Source of the DNA: Pelomyxa schiedti
Taxonomy: Eukaryota; Protista; Evosea
Direction of reading: 5' to 3'
NCBI GenBank assembly: GCA_020536535.1
Contig: JAHLWZ010000790.1
Span: forward strand, 1-64,000
Length of the DNA: 64,000 nucleotides
This document shows, piece by piece, positions 1 through 11,109 of the stretch. The translations under genes were made by a program, and so were the position numbers. The notes under the pieces are model-generated. The model made no database searches. It had not been told where the DNA came from and saw only the letters and a program-made list of their open reading frames with translations. Position 1 is the first letter of the stretch. Every line of letters starts with the position of its first letter.

Positions 1-555
1 TCTCGCACTCCGTTTTAGAATCAAAAAGGAAAAAAAAAATTCGGTTCGTTAGAAGTGTAGGGGGGAGGCTGTCGAATTTTTTCTAAGCTAAAACCTCGCG
101 GTCTGGTATTGAAAAAATTTAGCCACATCTTGGAAATTAGATTTTGCTCTTCTCACTGGAACTTCTTGCTTTTTTGGCTTTATTCCTATTACTCTATGGG
201 CAGTTTCTTGTTGTGGTGGTATTTGACGGCAAACTTGGCACCCCTCTTTGACAAAGAAACCAGATTCTTCAATGTAACACAAACACGAGGAACAGTAACC
301 ACGGACAATACACCACCCCTTCAGCGCCAAAGAAGGCACCTCCACCTCTTCACCAGTTCCGCGGTCGATTTTTAATTCGTGCAAAAGAAAGAAAATGGAC
401 AAATGACATGGTGCAATTCATGAGTGAATGTTGTTGGTTTTTGCTTTGTGTACAAAATCTCACCCCATTGCGCTAAGGCAAAGGTGTATAGTACTAGTGA
501 TAGGGTAGGTATGGTAGGTATCACCGCTGTGCTAAAGGGGCGATGCGTGTGTTTC

Positions 556-949
556 TTAGTAATGTTGTGTGGTAGTGGAACCACTTGGTGGAAGGTCCGT
601 CCGAGGTCGGCGGAAAAGAAGTATATGCGGTTCGGGCTTATGCACACTGTACTCGTATTACAACAAGAGGAGGGGAAGGAAGGACGAGAAAAACAAAAAA
701 AACTCACAGGTAGTGAACCCATCCAAGGCTCTGTTGAACTCCAACAGCTCTCCATTCTGCTTCGGACAACAGTCTGTCCTTCGGTAACAACCGAGATATG
801 TCCGGCGGTAGTGTTACGTGCCTGCGATTGCGCGGCGTTGGAAGGTGCAACAAAATGTACGTAAAAACAACGACAGATCCGCTCTGTTACCTGTACTCAT
901 ACACGTCGTCGTAGTACTTATCACTGTATTGTATGTCTTCGATCGGCAT
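556..949 (-). CDS. CKS1: Cyclin-dependent kinase regulatory subunit Cks1 (3 exons)
   Basis: Splicing two GT-AG introns gives [20 protein letters not shown]|[38 protein letters not shown]|[16 protein letters not shown]...HY*, matching the Cks signatures (YSDKY.D..YEYRHV; W..lGVQQS.GW.HY; [12 protein letters not shown]). Absent from the ORF track. Confidence 0.97.
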
Positions 950-1331
950 CTACGTGATCAATCGATGGACTGGCGCCTTTTTTTTTTTTTTTTTTTTGTT
1001 TTCCCTCTGGAAAATGAAGGAAGTTCGTTCGGTGATCTTTTTTTTCGTCTTTCTTTCGTTTTTTTTTGTCGATGACAGCCGGGCCCGGCTCTCACAACAA
1101 ACTCCAAATTCCCTAACGTCGTCTCTAAGATCCCTAACTTAATTCAATTCGTTTCCCCTTCAACACGTCAGAAACTAGCAAATAAACCTGAGGACGTAAC
1201 GTGTGGTGCAGTCGGCTACAACACAAGGGGGCACGATGCAATGCAGATCTTGGTGTGTTTTGTGCAGAGGATTTGAGTGAGCCAAATCAAATTGAAGAGA
1301 TTAGTTAGTATTTGAAACCGAATACAATACG

Positions 1332-3179
1332 ATGGCCACCGACGCCGACAAAGTGAGAAATTACGACAAGTTGCCTGTCTCTTCCTCATCCTCGAAACTA
1401 TTTCCTTCGTCGTCATCGAGCACCGCGACTTTCCCGAAGAAGGGAGTGTACAGCCCCGTGACTGCTACTTCACAAGCTCCTGAAATTCCTTGTGAAAACC
1501 CTTTCACTGTAGACAGGAGGAGTTCAATGGCAAAGTCGCAGTTTTCATCCTCGTCAACCTCAATGTCTGACTCGGAATTGGAATCGGAATCGGCGTTTGA
1601 CACTAAATCTGCATCTTTGTGGTTTGTGGGCACTGCTACATTGTTATACAGCGCAACTGAACTGGGGTTCGCGGTCTACACTGCCTCCCTCACATTGTTG
1701 TCTGACGGGTTCCACAATCTGTCTGACGTTGTGTCTATATTTGTGGCACATTGGGCAAGAAGAGCTTCAAAGAGAGACCAGACTTTGTCAATGTCTTATG
1801 GATGGGCGCGCTCTGAAGTTCTTGGTGGACTGACCAATGCGTGCTTCTTATTGGCTCTATCAATGTATGTGTCTCTGGAGGCTATTCCACGATTCTTTGA
1901 AGCTTCTCTAGTCAGTTGTATGTTGTCTTCTATGGAAATTTTTCACTCGTTAAATTTTCAAGTTCTGGAATTTCCACTAATTTTGTTCCTCTTGGTGGGT
2001 ATCATATGCTTGATTTGGACTTGGGACAGCGGCCTCACCCCAAAGCAGAACCACGTCAATCGCATTCATAGTTGTGGCTGGAATAGGCCTTGTGCAAAAT
2101 TTCGTGGGGACTGTCATTTTTGCTGGTAATTGGACCTTAGTGCACCTAAAACTTGTAACCAAAATAAAGCTGTCGGACTTTCTCATCTGTCTGAGATGCT
2201 TTATGGTGGTGATGCCCATGTGAAAGTGCACGTACACAGGCGCAAACATTCCCACGAACATAGTGGCAGAAAAGATAGCATTGTGGTACTTCCTCTGACG
2301 ACTGAGCACACCCGTGTCGGTCCTGTTAATAAAAGTGTAAGCATTACTTTAAGGATTTTCCTCATGGCCACTCAGACGACTATGGATATTAATATGCTAG
2401 CCATCCTCGTACATTATGCAGGGGATGCTGTATCGTCGTTGTTCATCGTTTTAATTGGTGTGTTAATGCTATCCTTTGAAAAAGCTGCCTGGGTGCGATA
2501 TGTTGACCCCATTGCTAGGTAACATTCTCTACCCACGATACATTTCTTATTTCCCGTTTAGTTTGCTTATTGTAGCCTTCATTTTAATCACAACTTTCCC
2601 TGTGGGTACGCTGTTCTTTTAGGAAAGTCATGGTTAACCTTTCAAAGTGAAGCGTTGCACCACAATTCTTTTGCAAGGCGCCCCTTCTGGTATTCAACTA
2701 GATGCAATAAAGAAGCAAATTGGAGAGGTATTCATATTAAAATTTCCTAGCTCAATTTGCACTACAGATTGCTGGGGTAGTCAATGTTCACGACCTCCAT
2801 GTATGGCAACTTGTGGATGGCATGATAATTGCTTCTGTTCACGTTGTCTGTGATGAGAAGTCAAATGTCAATTACACAATACTACAGGTGTTCTGTCTTT
2901 TTTCCTCCGCTACCATTTATGGTTTCAAGGTGAAGGAAGTTCTTCATAAGCACAACGTGCATTCCGCCACTGTGCAGCCAGAGATGATACAGAGGACCTC
3001 TTCCTATGTGACTTTTGATTACAATCCTTGAATACCACTAACGTCACTTTAAGGGAGACGATTTCTATTGCAACCAAAACTGCATTGGAAATTGTGCTGA
3101 GGCGTGGTGTTGTGGGCAACCTGCTGAAAAGCAAAGGCGAAAAAGTGTTGTGCCACAAAAAATACTTCAACAACCCTAA
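1332..3179 (+). CDS. Cation diffusion facilitator (SLC30/ZnT1-like) zinc exporter, multi-exon
   Basis: [14 protein letters not shown] (TM2), [19 protein letters not shown], His-containing loop, [13 protein letters not shown] (TM5), [31 protein letters not shown] and a Cys-rich tail; HD/HD zinc site. Confidence 0.93.
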
Positions 3180-3244
3180 GAAATAGGAATTTGAGTATTT
3201 TTTTTTCTTTTTTATGAAACATGTGACACTAGAAACAATCTTGG

Positions 3245-4756
3245 TCAGTCCAAGTCAACCAGAAAGTCTTTGGGAATATGTGTGAGCTGAACGTGTGTGG
3301 CAAATCCAAAAAAGTCAGTAAGAGGCACCTGAGTAAGAAAGGGAACTGTTAAAACACTAAAACGATTTTGGTAGAAGTACTTGGTCTAGGGGCCTGTCAA
3401 AAAGATCAGTTCTCCATCCAGGGTGGGACTGAATCTGGCTGAACTGATAGCTGCTGTTCTGTAGGTTTTTTTACAAACAAAAATAGTTAAAAAAGCAAGG
3501 CAGTACCAGGTGGGCAATCGTTCCCGATTTTTCCTTGCTCTGTCGTTCAAAGAAATCTAAAGTGTAGTATGTAAAGCGGTCACTGAGAGATAGGCCTATT
3601 TCAGAATCTACACGATACTGCAAGACAATCAATAAGCAGAAAGGCCTTGTCATAGAACCTAACATACCGAATAAGCATTTTCCCCCAATAAGCTTCCACC
3701 AACAGCTAAAACATTGGGAGAAGTTATCCTTCTGTGCAATGTGGCAGCTTGGCATGTATCGACCATAAAGAATATTTCATTGTATCTTCGATAGTAAGAT
3801 AACCGAAAACACGATGTGCTAAACCTCTTTTGCTGGTACATGTGTGAGAGAGCTTCAGAAATATCTAGAGCAGACAGCTCTTCTGAATCTTGAAATTTGA
3901 TGAATTCATCCCCACCATGGCCTGACTTGAAAGGTTGTTAGGTTGAAGGTACAGATAAAGTAGAAAACCATGTAAATGAAAATATTGGAGTTAGTATCGC
4001 TCAGCAATCGTTTGGAGCGGGGTGTGTCTCCGTCGTGCCTTCCTGGTAGCAAAAAAAAAAAAAAAAAGTTAGGGAGAGCATTACCCGTGGAAGAAAACCT
4101 GTTAAAACTCGCAAAAAGTTTTCAACGGTAACTTCGTATCCCCGGTAGTCTACCTTCATAAATTAATTCCTTAATTCAAGGAATTTGGGACTATTTTTAC
4201 CTCTACATCAGTGCCATAAAGATCGATCTTATGCGCATCACTGGCAAAAACCCTTCCAGGGAATACATTCCTGAGAACGATGCGTATTTGTTACTGAGGA
4301 TTTTAGAACACAACTTGAACAACCTTGGGTTGCATGCCATGTCATCAGCTAGCATCAAAATAATGTTGCTGTCAGGAATTCCCATTCTCTTCACACTCCT
4401 AAATAAATACCACAAACACTTGTTAGCATTATGGTTCAGGTTGAACAACTCATTACACTATCTACATCCATCAATTCAAATAAAGCATTTGGCAGGGAGA
4501 AAACTGCCAACATAACAAAGACAACACACAACAAACTAAAAACCTGCCTGTACACTGCCAAAGTGTTAGCAGGGTGCCTATAATTGAACCAAAACCGCGA
4601 AGTGTCAACCAACACCGCCCAGTTGTTGGTGTGCCCCTGTTGGCTTGCCCCATAATGCCCATCCCTCTCTGCCCCTCCTTGCTTGATAAACACGCCTACG
4701 GCCAGTAACACCACAACACATGTCGCCAAACGACGGTGGGTGAATGGCCACGGCAT
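3245..4756 (-). CDS. GPI8: GPI-anchor transamidase catalytic subunit (peptidase C13 family)
   Basis: Signal-peptide-like N-terminus then [71 protein letters not shown]; ends VPLTDFFG...DLD*. Confidence 0.95.
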
Positions 4757-4857
4757 CAAAAAAAACCTCTTCAATGAAGCTTGCCAAATGAAAGAAAAAA
4801 AAGAGGGAAGGGACTAAAAACATGGTTGTTTTGTTCTCTGAGGAACTTTAGGAGTTG

Positions 4858-5927
4858 TTAAACTCGTCGTCTCGAATGGCATTCTCGCCGCTGTTCCACT
4901 GGCCTGTGGTATCGAGCTCAAACGGTGCGGTCACTTCTACTCCTGATGCAGTCACGGTGCCTATTTGAATCTGTGGGGTACATAAGGTGGAGGAAAGGAG
5001 ATACTAGTGCAAGAGGGGGATTACTCTGTTTATTGTCCTGGCGTCGCGGAAGAAGAGAACTACCATAGCCTTCTCCAGAAGGGCCCGTGCTTCCTCCTTG
5101 GTGAGGTCGGGTCTCCAACCGGCCCTAAGAAGAGGAAGAGACATGTAATTGCCATATCCAGTGGCAACATAGTTATCCTCATATGCTGTTCCAACTTTGT
5201 CAAGTAACCCAAGGAAGCTATTGGAAAAGAACCGTAGTTATACAGTGATTTTTTTTTTTTGGATTGGTTATTTGACAAGTTAATTACCTGGATTGCTTTG
5301 TGTGGTCCCAGCCAATTACTACAATGTCGTTCCATAACGGGTCAAAACGAGACCTCCTATTGTAAAGAACCCGGTTCAAGTAGCTGAACATTTCCTTTGG
5401 GGTAAGGACAAAACCGTCATCTATACAGTAGTCCTCACGTCTGTTATTTGGATTATTACAATTATTTTATTTGTGTTGTAGAGTACACAAGTCCTTCGAG
5501 AGTCTTCGTGATATGCTGGAAGTCACTCATTTCTCCAGACCCACCAATAACTGTGTGGTTTCCAATTTTCTTGATTCGCTCCATGAACATGAACCTAGCG
5601 AGTGAACCATAAGACCCTGAAGCATAAAATTTTAGTTGGCACAGACGACACCATGTACTAATCACCTAATGTATCAGCAGCAAGCATTACACCACCATTG
5701 AACTTCAAACCAAGCACGGTAGTTCCGGTAACAATGGGATCCCTTAGTGCATCGTGTTGGGGGAAGGGGAAAAAAAAAAAGAAAAGGAAAAGCAACCCAG
5801 ATCCCTTGCGCTGCACAGCACAAAACAACACAATAACAAACAAACAAACGAGATACGTTGTGCGGGTCCTGCGGTCCCCCGGTTGTGCACACACTGGCCT
5901 CTGTAGTAACAAATCCGTTCCCTGCAT
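4858..5927 (-). CDS. PSMB4: 20S proteasome subunit beta-7 (PSMB4/Pre4)
   Basis: DPIVTGTTVLGLKFNGGVMLAADTL|GSYGSLARF, GGSGEMSDFQ, RVLYNRRSRFDPLWN, ATGYGNYMSLPLLR, FFRDARTIN. Confidence 0.95.
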
Positions 5928-6122
5928 CACCTCCACTTTATTTTATTTTTCTTTTGTTTTCTTGTTTGTTTTTTGATGTCTGAGGGCATGAGCCCCAAGA
6001 TCTCAGGTACTGCTGATTCTTTCATTTTCGTCGCCCCGGATGAGTGACATGAGCCATTTGAGAAGGAAGTTGGGAGTCATTGGTACTCTAAACGACGATC
6101 AGAACGAAAAGGAATCTGTTCG

Positions 6123-9100
6123 ATGTCTCGGGTGAAGTCTGGTCAAGAGGCGTTGCTGAGTTGGTGTAAAAAGTGCACAGAAGGGTACAAAGATGGTGAG
6201 TTTCTTGGCTAGATTCTTGTTTGTTGTTTGTTAGTGTTCTAACGCGGGTTTTCCTACAGTTTCCGTGACAAACTTCCACACTTCGTGGCGTGACGGTATG
6301 CTGATGAAAATTGGGTTATGGGTGGAAGAGACCAACGAAATCAAACAGGGCTCGCGTTCTGTGCCCTCATTCATCATTTTCACCCAGAAGCCATTGACTT
6401 CTCCAAACTTAAGAAAGAGGACATCGAAGAAAACAATAGGGTACATTTTTTTTCCCCCTTCTTGTTCCTTTCTTTATTTGACTTGAACTTTCAAGCTTGC
6501 GTTCACAACTGCAGAAAAGCTGGGAATACCTGCCCTTCTTGATGTTGAAGGCACTCCTAAATAAATAAGAAACTGACTTTACTTAAATTCTTTTAGACAT
6601 GGTTGCCCTTGTCAAACCAGAACCTTTCTCTATAATGACATACCTGAGCCAATACTACCGTCAATTCGAGCAGACTGAAGGAGGTGTTGCTGGAGCTAGT
6701 TCAAGTGCCCCCCATTCTCAACATCGAGCACCAGGTACAAAATTTTGTTTGGAGGTGCCTATCATGATATTTTCCAGAGAGCACAACTGCAAAAATCCCT
6801 GTAACACCACCTCAGCAGCTCCATGAACCGCGAAGACCAGAAAACCCCAGGTTCCATCATTGTCCTTTAGCGTGCATACCCTAAAACATGATAAGGACCA
6901 ACTCCCAACCCATTAAAAAATGCTTTAAATGTGGGAGCAATCTTTCTGGAGAGGTAGTGGATGCCGGTAATGACAAGATGTTTCATGCTCGGTGCTTCAC
7001 CTGTGCAGGCTGCAAAACCCTTCTTGGGGACCGATTTGTAAATGTAGGAGGAAACATCTACTGTTCCAGGTACACATTTAAACACTAATATTCTCTCACA
7101 TACGCCAGCACATCTCACTCAACAAATGTGTTCGACAACTGCAATTTCGCTCTAAATTGACATAAAGTTGCGGAAATTCCGCGTCTATGAGAGCACTGGC
7201 TGACAAAAACAAGAACGAGAGGCCAACAACCCATGAACTGCCACAAGAAGAAACTAGCAGAAAAGAAAACGAAGAACGAGAAAGGAAAGAAAAACTGGAG
7301 AGGGAAAAACGGGAAAGGGAAGAGAAAGAAAGAGAAGAACAGCTTAAGCAAGAGAGATTGCAGAAACAAACAAGAGAAACCTCTACAGTCACAGGGGAAG
7401 CAGATCCACAATCACAAACAGCGCACCCCGCCGGCATAACTTGTACTCCACTTCAGCAGAAACCGTCAGGAACCATTTCCAGTACGAGAAACACCACCAC
7501 TTTACAGAATCCAAACCCCCCAACTCAAGGTACCATCCCCCTTTGGAAGCAACGAGCAATGGAAGCAAAGGAAAGAAATCTACAGAAAGAGAGAGAGGAG
7601 CAAGAATTGCGCCGAAAGAAAATCGAAGCCTGCACTCAAAACAAGTCAATTACTGAGTCGGCACCACAAAAACCCCTGCCCACACCACCGGAAAAACCAC
7701 TTCCCACTCCACTCCAAAATCCCCTGCCCGCACCACTCCAAGACTCCCTTCCTGGGCGTGAAGAACGAAGAGAGCCGGAAATACATCACAAAGGGAAGGA
7801 AGAAACAGAGAGAACTCAATCAGAAGGAGGAAAGGAACGAGAAGCTCAAAAAGACATGGAAGCAAAACCAACTCCTGAAATTGAGCAACCTGAAGAACTA
7901 GCACACCAAGAACAAAATAGAAGAAACGAGGAGACTAGTAATAAACAAGCACGCAAGCGCGAGAAACTGGCCAAGAGGGAAAGACAACAAAAAGAGAAGC
8001 AAGAGCGCGAAGCTAGAGAATTGGAACGGCAGGCAAGAGAAAAGAAGGAGCGTGAGGCACGTGAACAACAGGAACGGGAAGAAATGGAAAAGAAAGCTCG
8101 TGAAGAGAGAAATAACCAAGAGAGAGCTGAACAGGCAAGACGTGAGCAGGAGATTCTAAGGCAACAGGAGCAAGTTGAAAGAGACCTGTTAAAAAAAAAA
8201 GAAGAAGAAAGGCTCCAACTCGAGGAAAAAGAAAAATTGGAAAGAGAAGCTTCACAACGAGAGTCCTTAAGGATGCAAGAAGAGAGAGAGAATGAGAGGT
8301 TGGCAAAAGAAGCTCGGGAAAGGAAGGACAGGGAAGTTAAAGAAAGAGAACTATACGAAAAGGCGGAGCGAGAGCGTATCCAAAATGAACAAAAAGAACG
8401 AGAGGCACAAGCCCTCAGAGACCATGAGGAGAAAATCCTTAGAGAGAAAGCCGAAATAGAAAGGAGGCAGGAGAGGGAAGAGCTTGAGAGGAACGCTGCA
8501 CAAGTACTGGAGGCAAAAAGTAAAGCACATGTAGAACCAAATACCAGAGAAGCTAATGAAGAGAGTATTAGTCCGGTGGGCATAGAGGAGAAGTATGGTA
8601 GAGACATTGCTCAGAGTAGGAGTACCACCACAACCGTACCTCTACAACCTTCCGCAATGCCATCAACTTCTCCACTTATTATTACCTCTACCTCTGTTGG
8701 CGCCGAGGAAGTTCCATCGAAGCCCGAGAAGCCATTGTCTAGCAACACAGTTTTCTTCCATGCTTTGTAGAAATTTCATAACAATTGTGTAGAGTGCACA
8801 ATGTCAAACATCTATCGTTCATACTACCTCGCCTAGTCCTGACCCTTCTTCCACCTCCGCCACTATTCATGAGAAAACTGCGTTTTCTGGATTTCTTATG
8901 TGTCATGTGTGTAAAGTTTCCTCATCACACTTACCAACGTCCGTAACAGTGTGGGAGTGTATGGAAACTATGGTATTCTTTAACTTGTTTTTTCTCCTTT
9001 TTTACCATCCCAACACTTTCAGGTGGTTTGTGTTGCAGGATACACAGTTGGCTTTCTATCCAGATTCAACTTGCACTTCACAGGAAGGTGCAATTCCTTT

Positions 9101-9807
9101 GTCAAATATCAGTGCTGTTGGTATACAAACTTATTATGTGGTAGAGTTAATTACTTATCAGATATCACACTGAAGAAGGAGTTCCAATTCCAAATCACCG
9201 AAAGGAATAATACTCTGCATGCACTCCAAGCTGGCTCTCAACCGGAAATGGAGCAATGGATTTCTCTTATTAAACAAAAATGCGGTCTACAGCAGTTGGA
9301 GGCAAGGGATAAGACTTTTGTCATGGGAAAAGGAGAACGGAAGCACACAGTAGTTGTTAAAAAGGGATTGTACGAAGTATGTGAACAGTCAATTTGGCTC
9401 AACTAACAGTCCCACAGAGACGAGAAGGTTGGCTGGAGGAACTCAATGAAGGGCTCTTTTCAAGCTCATGGAAGAGGAAGTGGGCCGTTATGGGCGGCGG
9501 ATTCTTGTATCTCTACGCGTCTAAGGTGAGCTTCACTTATATTTACTCCGCTCAAGCATCACTACAGGCGGAAACCGGCCAGCGAGTCACATTCCCTCTG
9601 TACCACTGCAAAATTGAAATGCACATGGCAGAGAAGTTCGAAGGGCGCGCATTCCGCCTCACCAGCGAGCACCCTGACAACAAGTCCTCGCGCACAATAA
9701 TCCTCCGTGCTTCAGAAGAGCTGGAAATGCACCACTGGCTCAACGCCCTCACGGTCCAGCGCCTCGACATTGACAGCCTCATTGATGGAATTTCCTTCTA
9801 TTTGTAG
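6123..9807 (+). CDS. Cytoskeletal scaffold: CH domain - LIM domain - E/K/R-rich coiled coil - two PH domains
   Basis: CH: ALLSWCKKCTEGY, VTNFHTSWRDGLAFCALIH, LGIPALLDVEDM, IMTYLSQYY. LIM: CFKC...FHARCFTCAGC...IYCSSC. Long charged-helix exon at 7187-8770. PH1: RWFVLQDTQLAFY...EMEQWISLI. PH2: REGWLEEL...WKRKWAV...EMHHWLNAL. Confidence 0.85.
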
Positions 9808-9904
9808 AAGGGACGAACCCCATACGAAATTCCGAGTTTCACCTAACCCCATACACATAGTTGCAACACACCCACACAACACGAAAACTAAAAAGAAAAG
9901 AAAA

Positions 9905-11018
9905 ATGGACCCCACTGCGAGATGCATAAGCACCCCAGAGACGGCCGTCAGTATGTCAGACATCAACGCTGACGTGGCAACGATCAAGGCCCTCAGAGAA
10001 CAACTAAATGCTACCCTGACCGCCGCACCCCCTAAATCACAAGTGCATAAACACCTCTTTCCTCTCTCGATTCATTCCATCCTTACTTGAAACCACAACC
10101 ACCACAACAACAACACCCACTTACAGATATGTGAAGGAGAAGGAGTACTGGAGAGTATTGCCCAAATTGCAGAGAAATACGGGGTGAGGGCTGTTGGGTT
10201 TGCTGACGTTGAGCCCTTGGCGTGCAGGGACGCGAAAACGAGAGTGGAGCCGGGGGGCGTGACTGAGTGGCTCATCAACAAGGCGGGGATTCATTTCCCG
10301 CACTGCATTGTGATGTCTATGGAAATGAACAAGGAGGATATTGACAAGGCTCCTGGTCCGGAGGCCCAAGCAGAGGTACTTAATTCGCTCGCAGCTATTT
10401 CTGTTCTATGTACCATCTATTTTAATGAGGGGCTGCCACCTCCATTCCACAATACCAACAATTTGTTGTACCAGGTTACGCGTGTGTATTACAAGCTTGG
10501 CCGTGCGTGTATGGAAGTTGCTGAATCACTGCGTTCACAAGGATACTATGCCACTGTTGGGCATCCTCTGGGTGGGGACACTCTTTACACAGTTCTGGCA
10601 GAAAGAGCCCACATGGGGACACCCGGCCGGCAAGGCCTCATTATGGCACCTGGTGTGGGGCCAAGGCACAGACTTGGTGTTGTTTATACCAGCATCACTG
10701 ACCTTCCCACACCGCAGAGGACCAACTCCCCTGCACCGGAATACTTCCCAATATTCCAGCAAGTGTGTGCCAAGTGCACTCGCTGCTCTGTCAACTGCCC
10801 CGCCGGCGCAATTCTCGACCAAACAGTCACATCCCCTAACGGGAACGTGACCAGAATTGACCCTGTCAAGTGCAGAGCATATTTCTCAACTCACGACAGG
10901 TCTGATTTTTTTTTTTTCCCCATCCTAAACTAACAAACAACTTAGTTGTGGTGTTTGTTTGAGGGAATGTTCTCTTGTTGGTGTGTCAATTGAGGATTTG
11001 AAGTCTCGAAGACTCTGA
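9905..11018 (+). CDS. Reductive dehalogenase / epoxyqueuosine reductase (QueG)-fold cobalamin and 2x[4Fe-4S] protein
   Basis: GVRAVGFA, CIVMSMEM, YYKLG...VAESLRSQGY, HPLGG, LAERAHMGTPGRQGLIMAPGVGPRHRLGVVYT, CAKCTRCSVNCP and (after splicing 10900-10945) C-x9-CGVCLREC. Two clear introns plus a probable in-frame 99-nt intron at 10376-10474. Confidence 0.85.
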
Positions 11019-11109
11019 CAAAATACCAATAACAGCCTGATTCTAAAACAATCCTTTTTACTTTGCCTTCATATGTATTTATTATTCGTTATGGGTGTAG
11101 TGGCTATTT

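Noticed and set aside
88-402. ORFs on both strands at the window start
   Set aside because: No recognisable motif; could be a terminal exon or UTR of a gene outside the window.
7846-8607. Ser/Leu/Phe-rich minus-strand ORFs; likewise 58456-59722 and the overlapping ORFs at 30789-31409 and 49867-50729
   Set aside because: Antisense or alternative frames of low-complexity or GC-rich coding exons.
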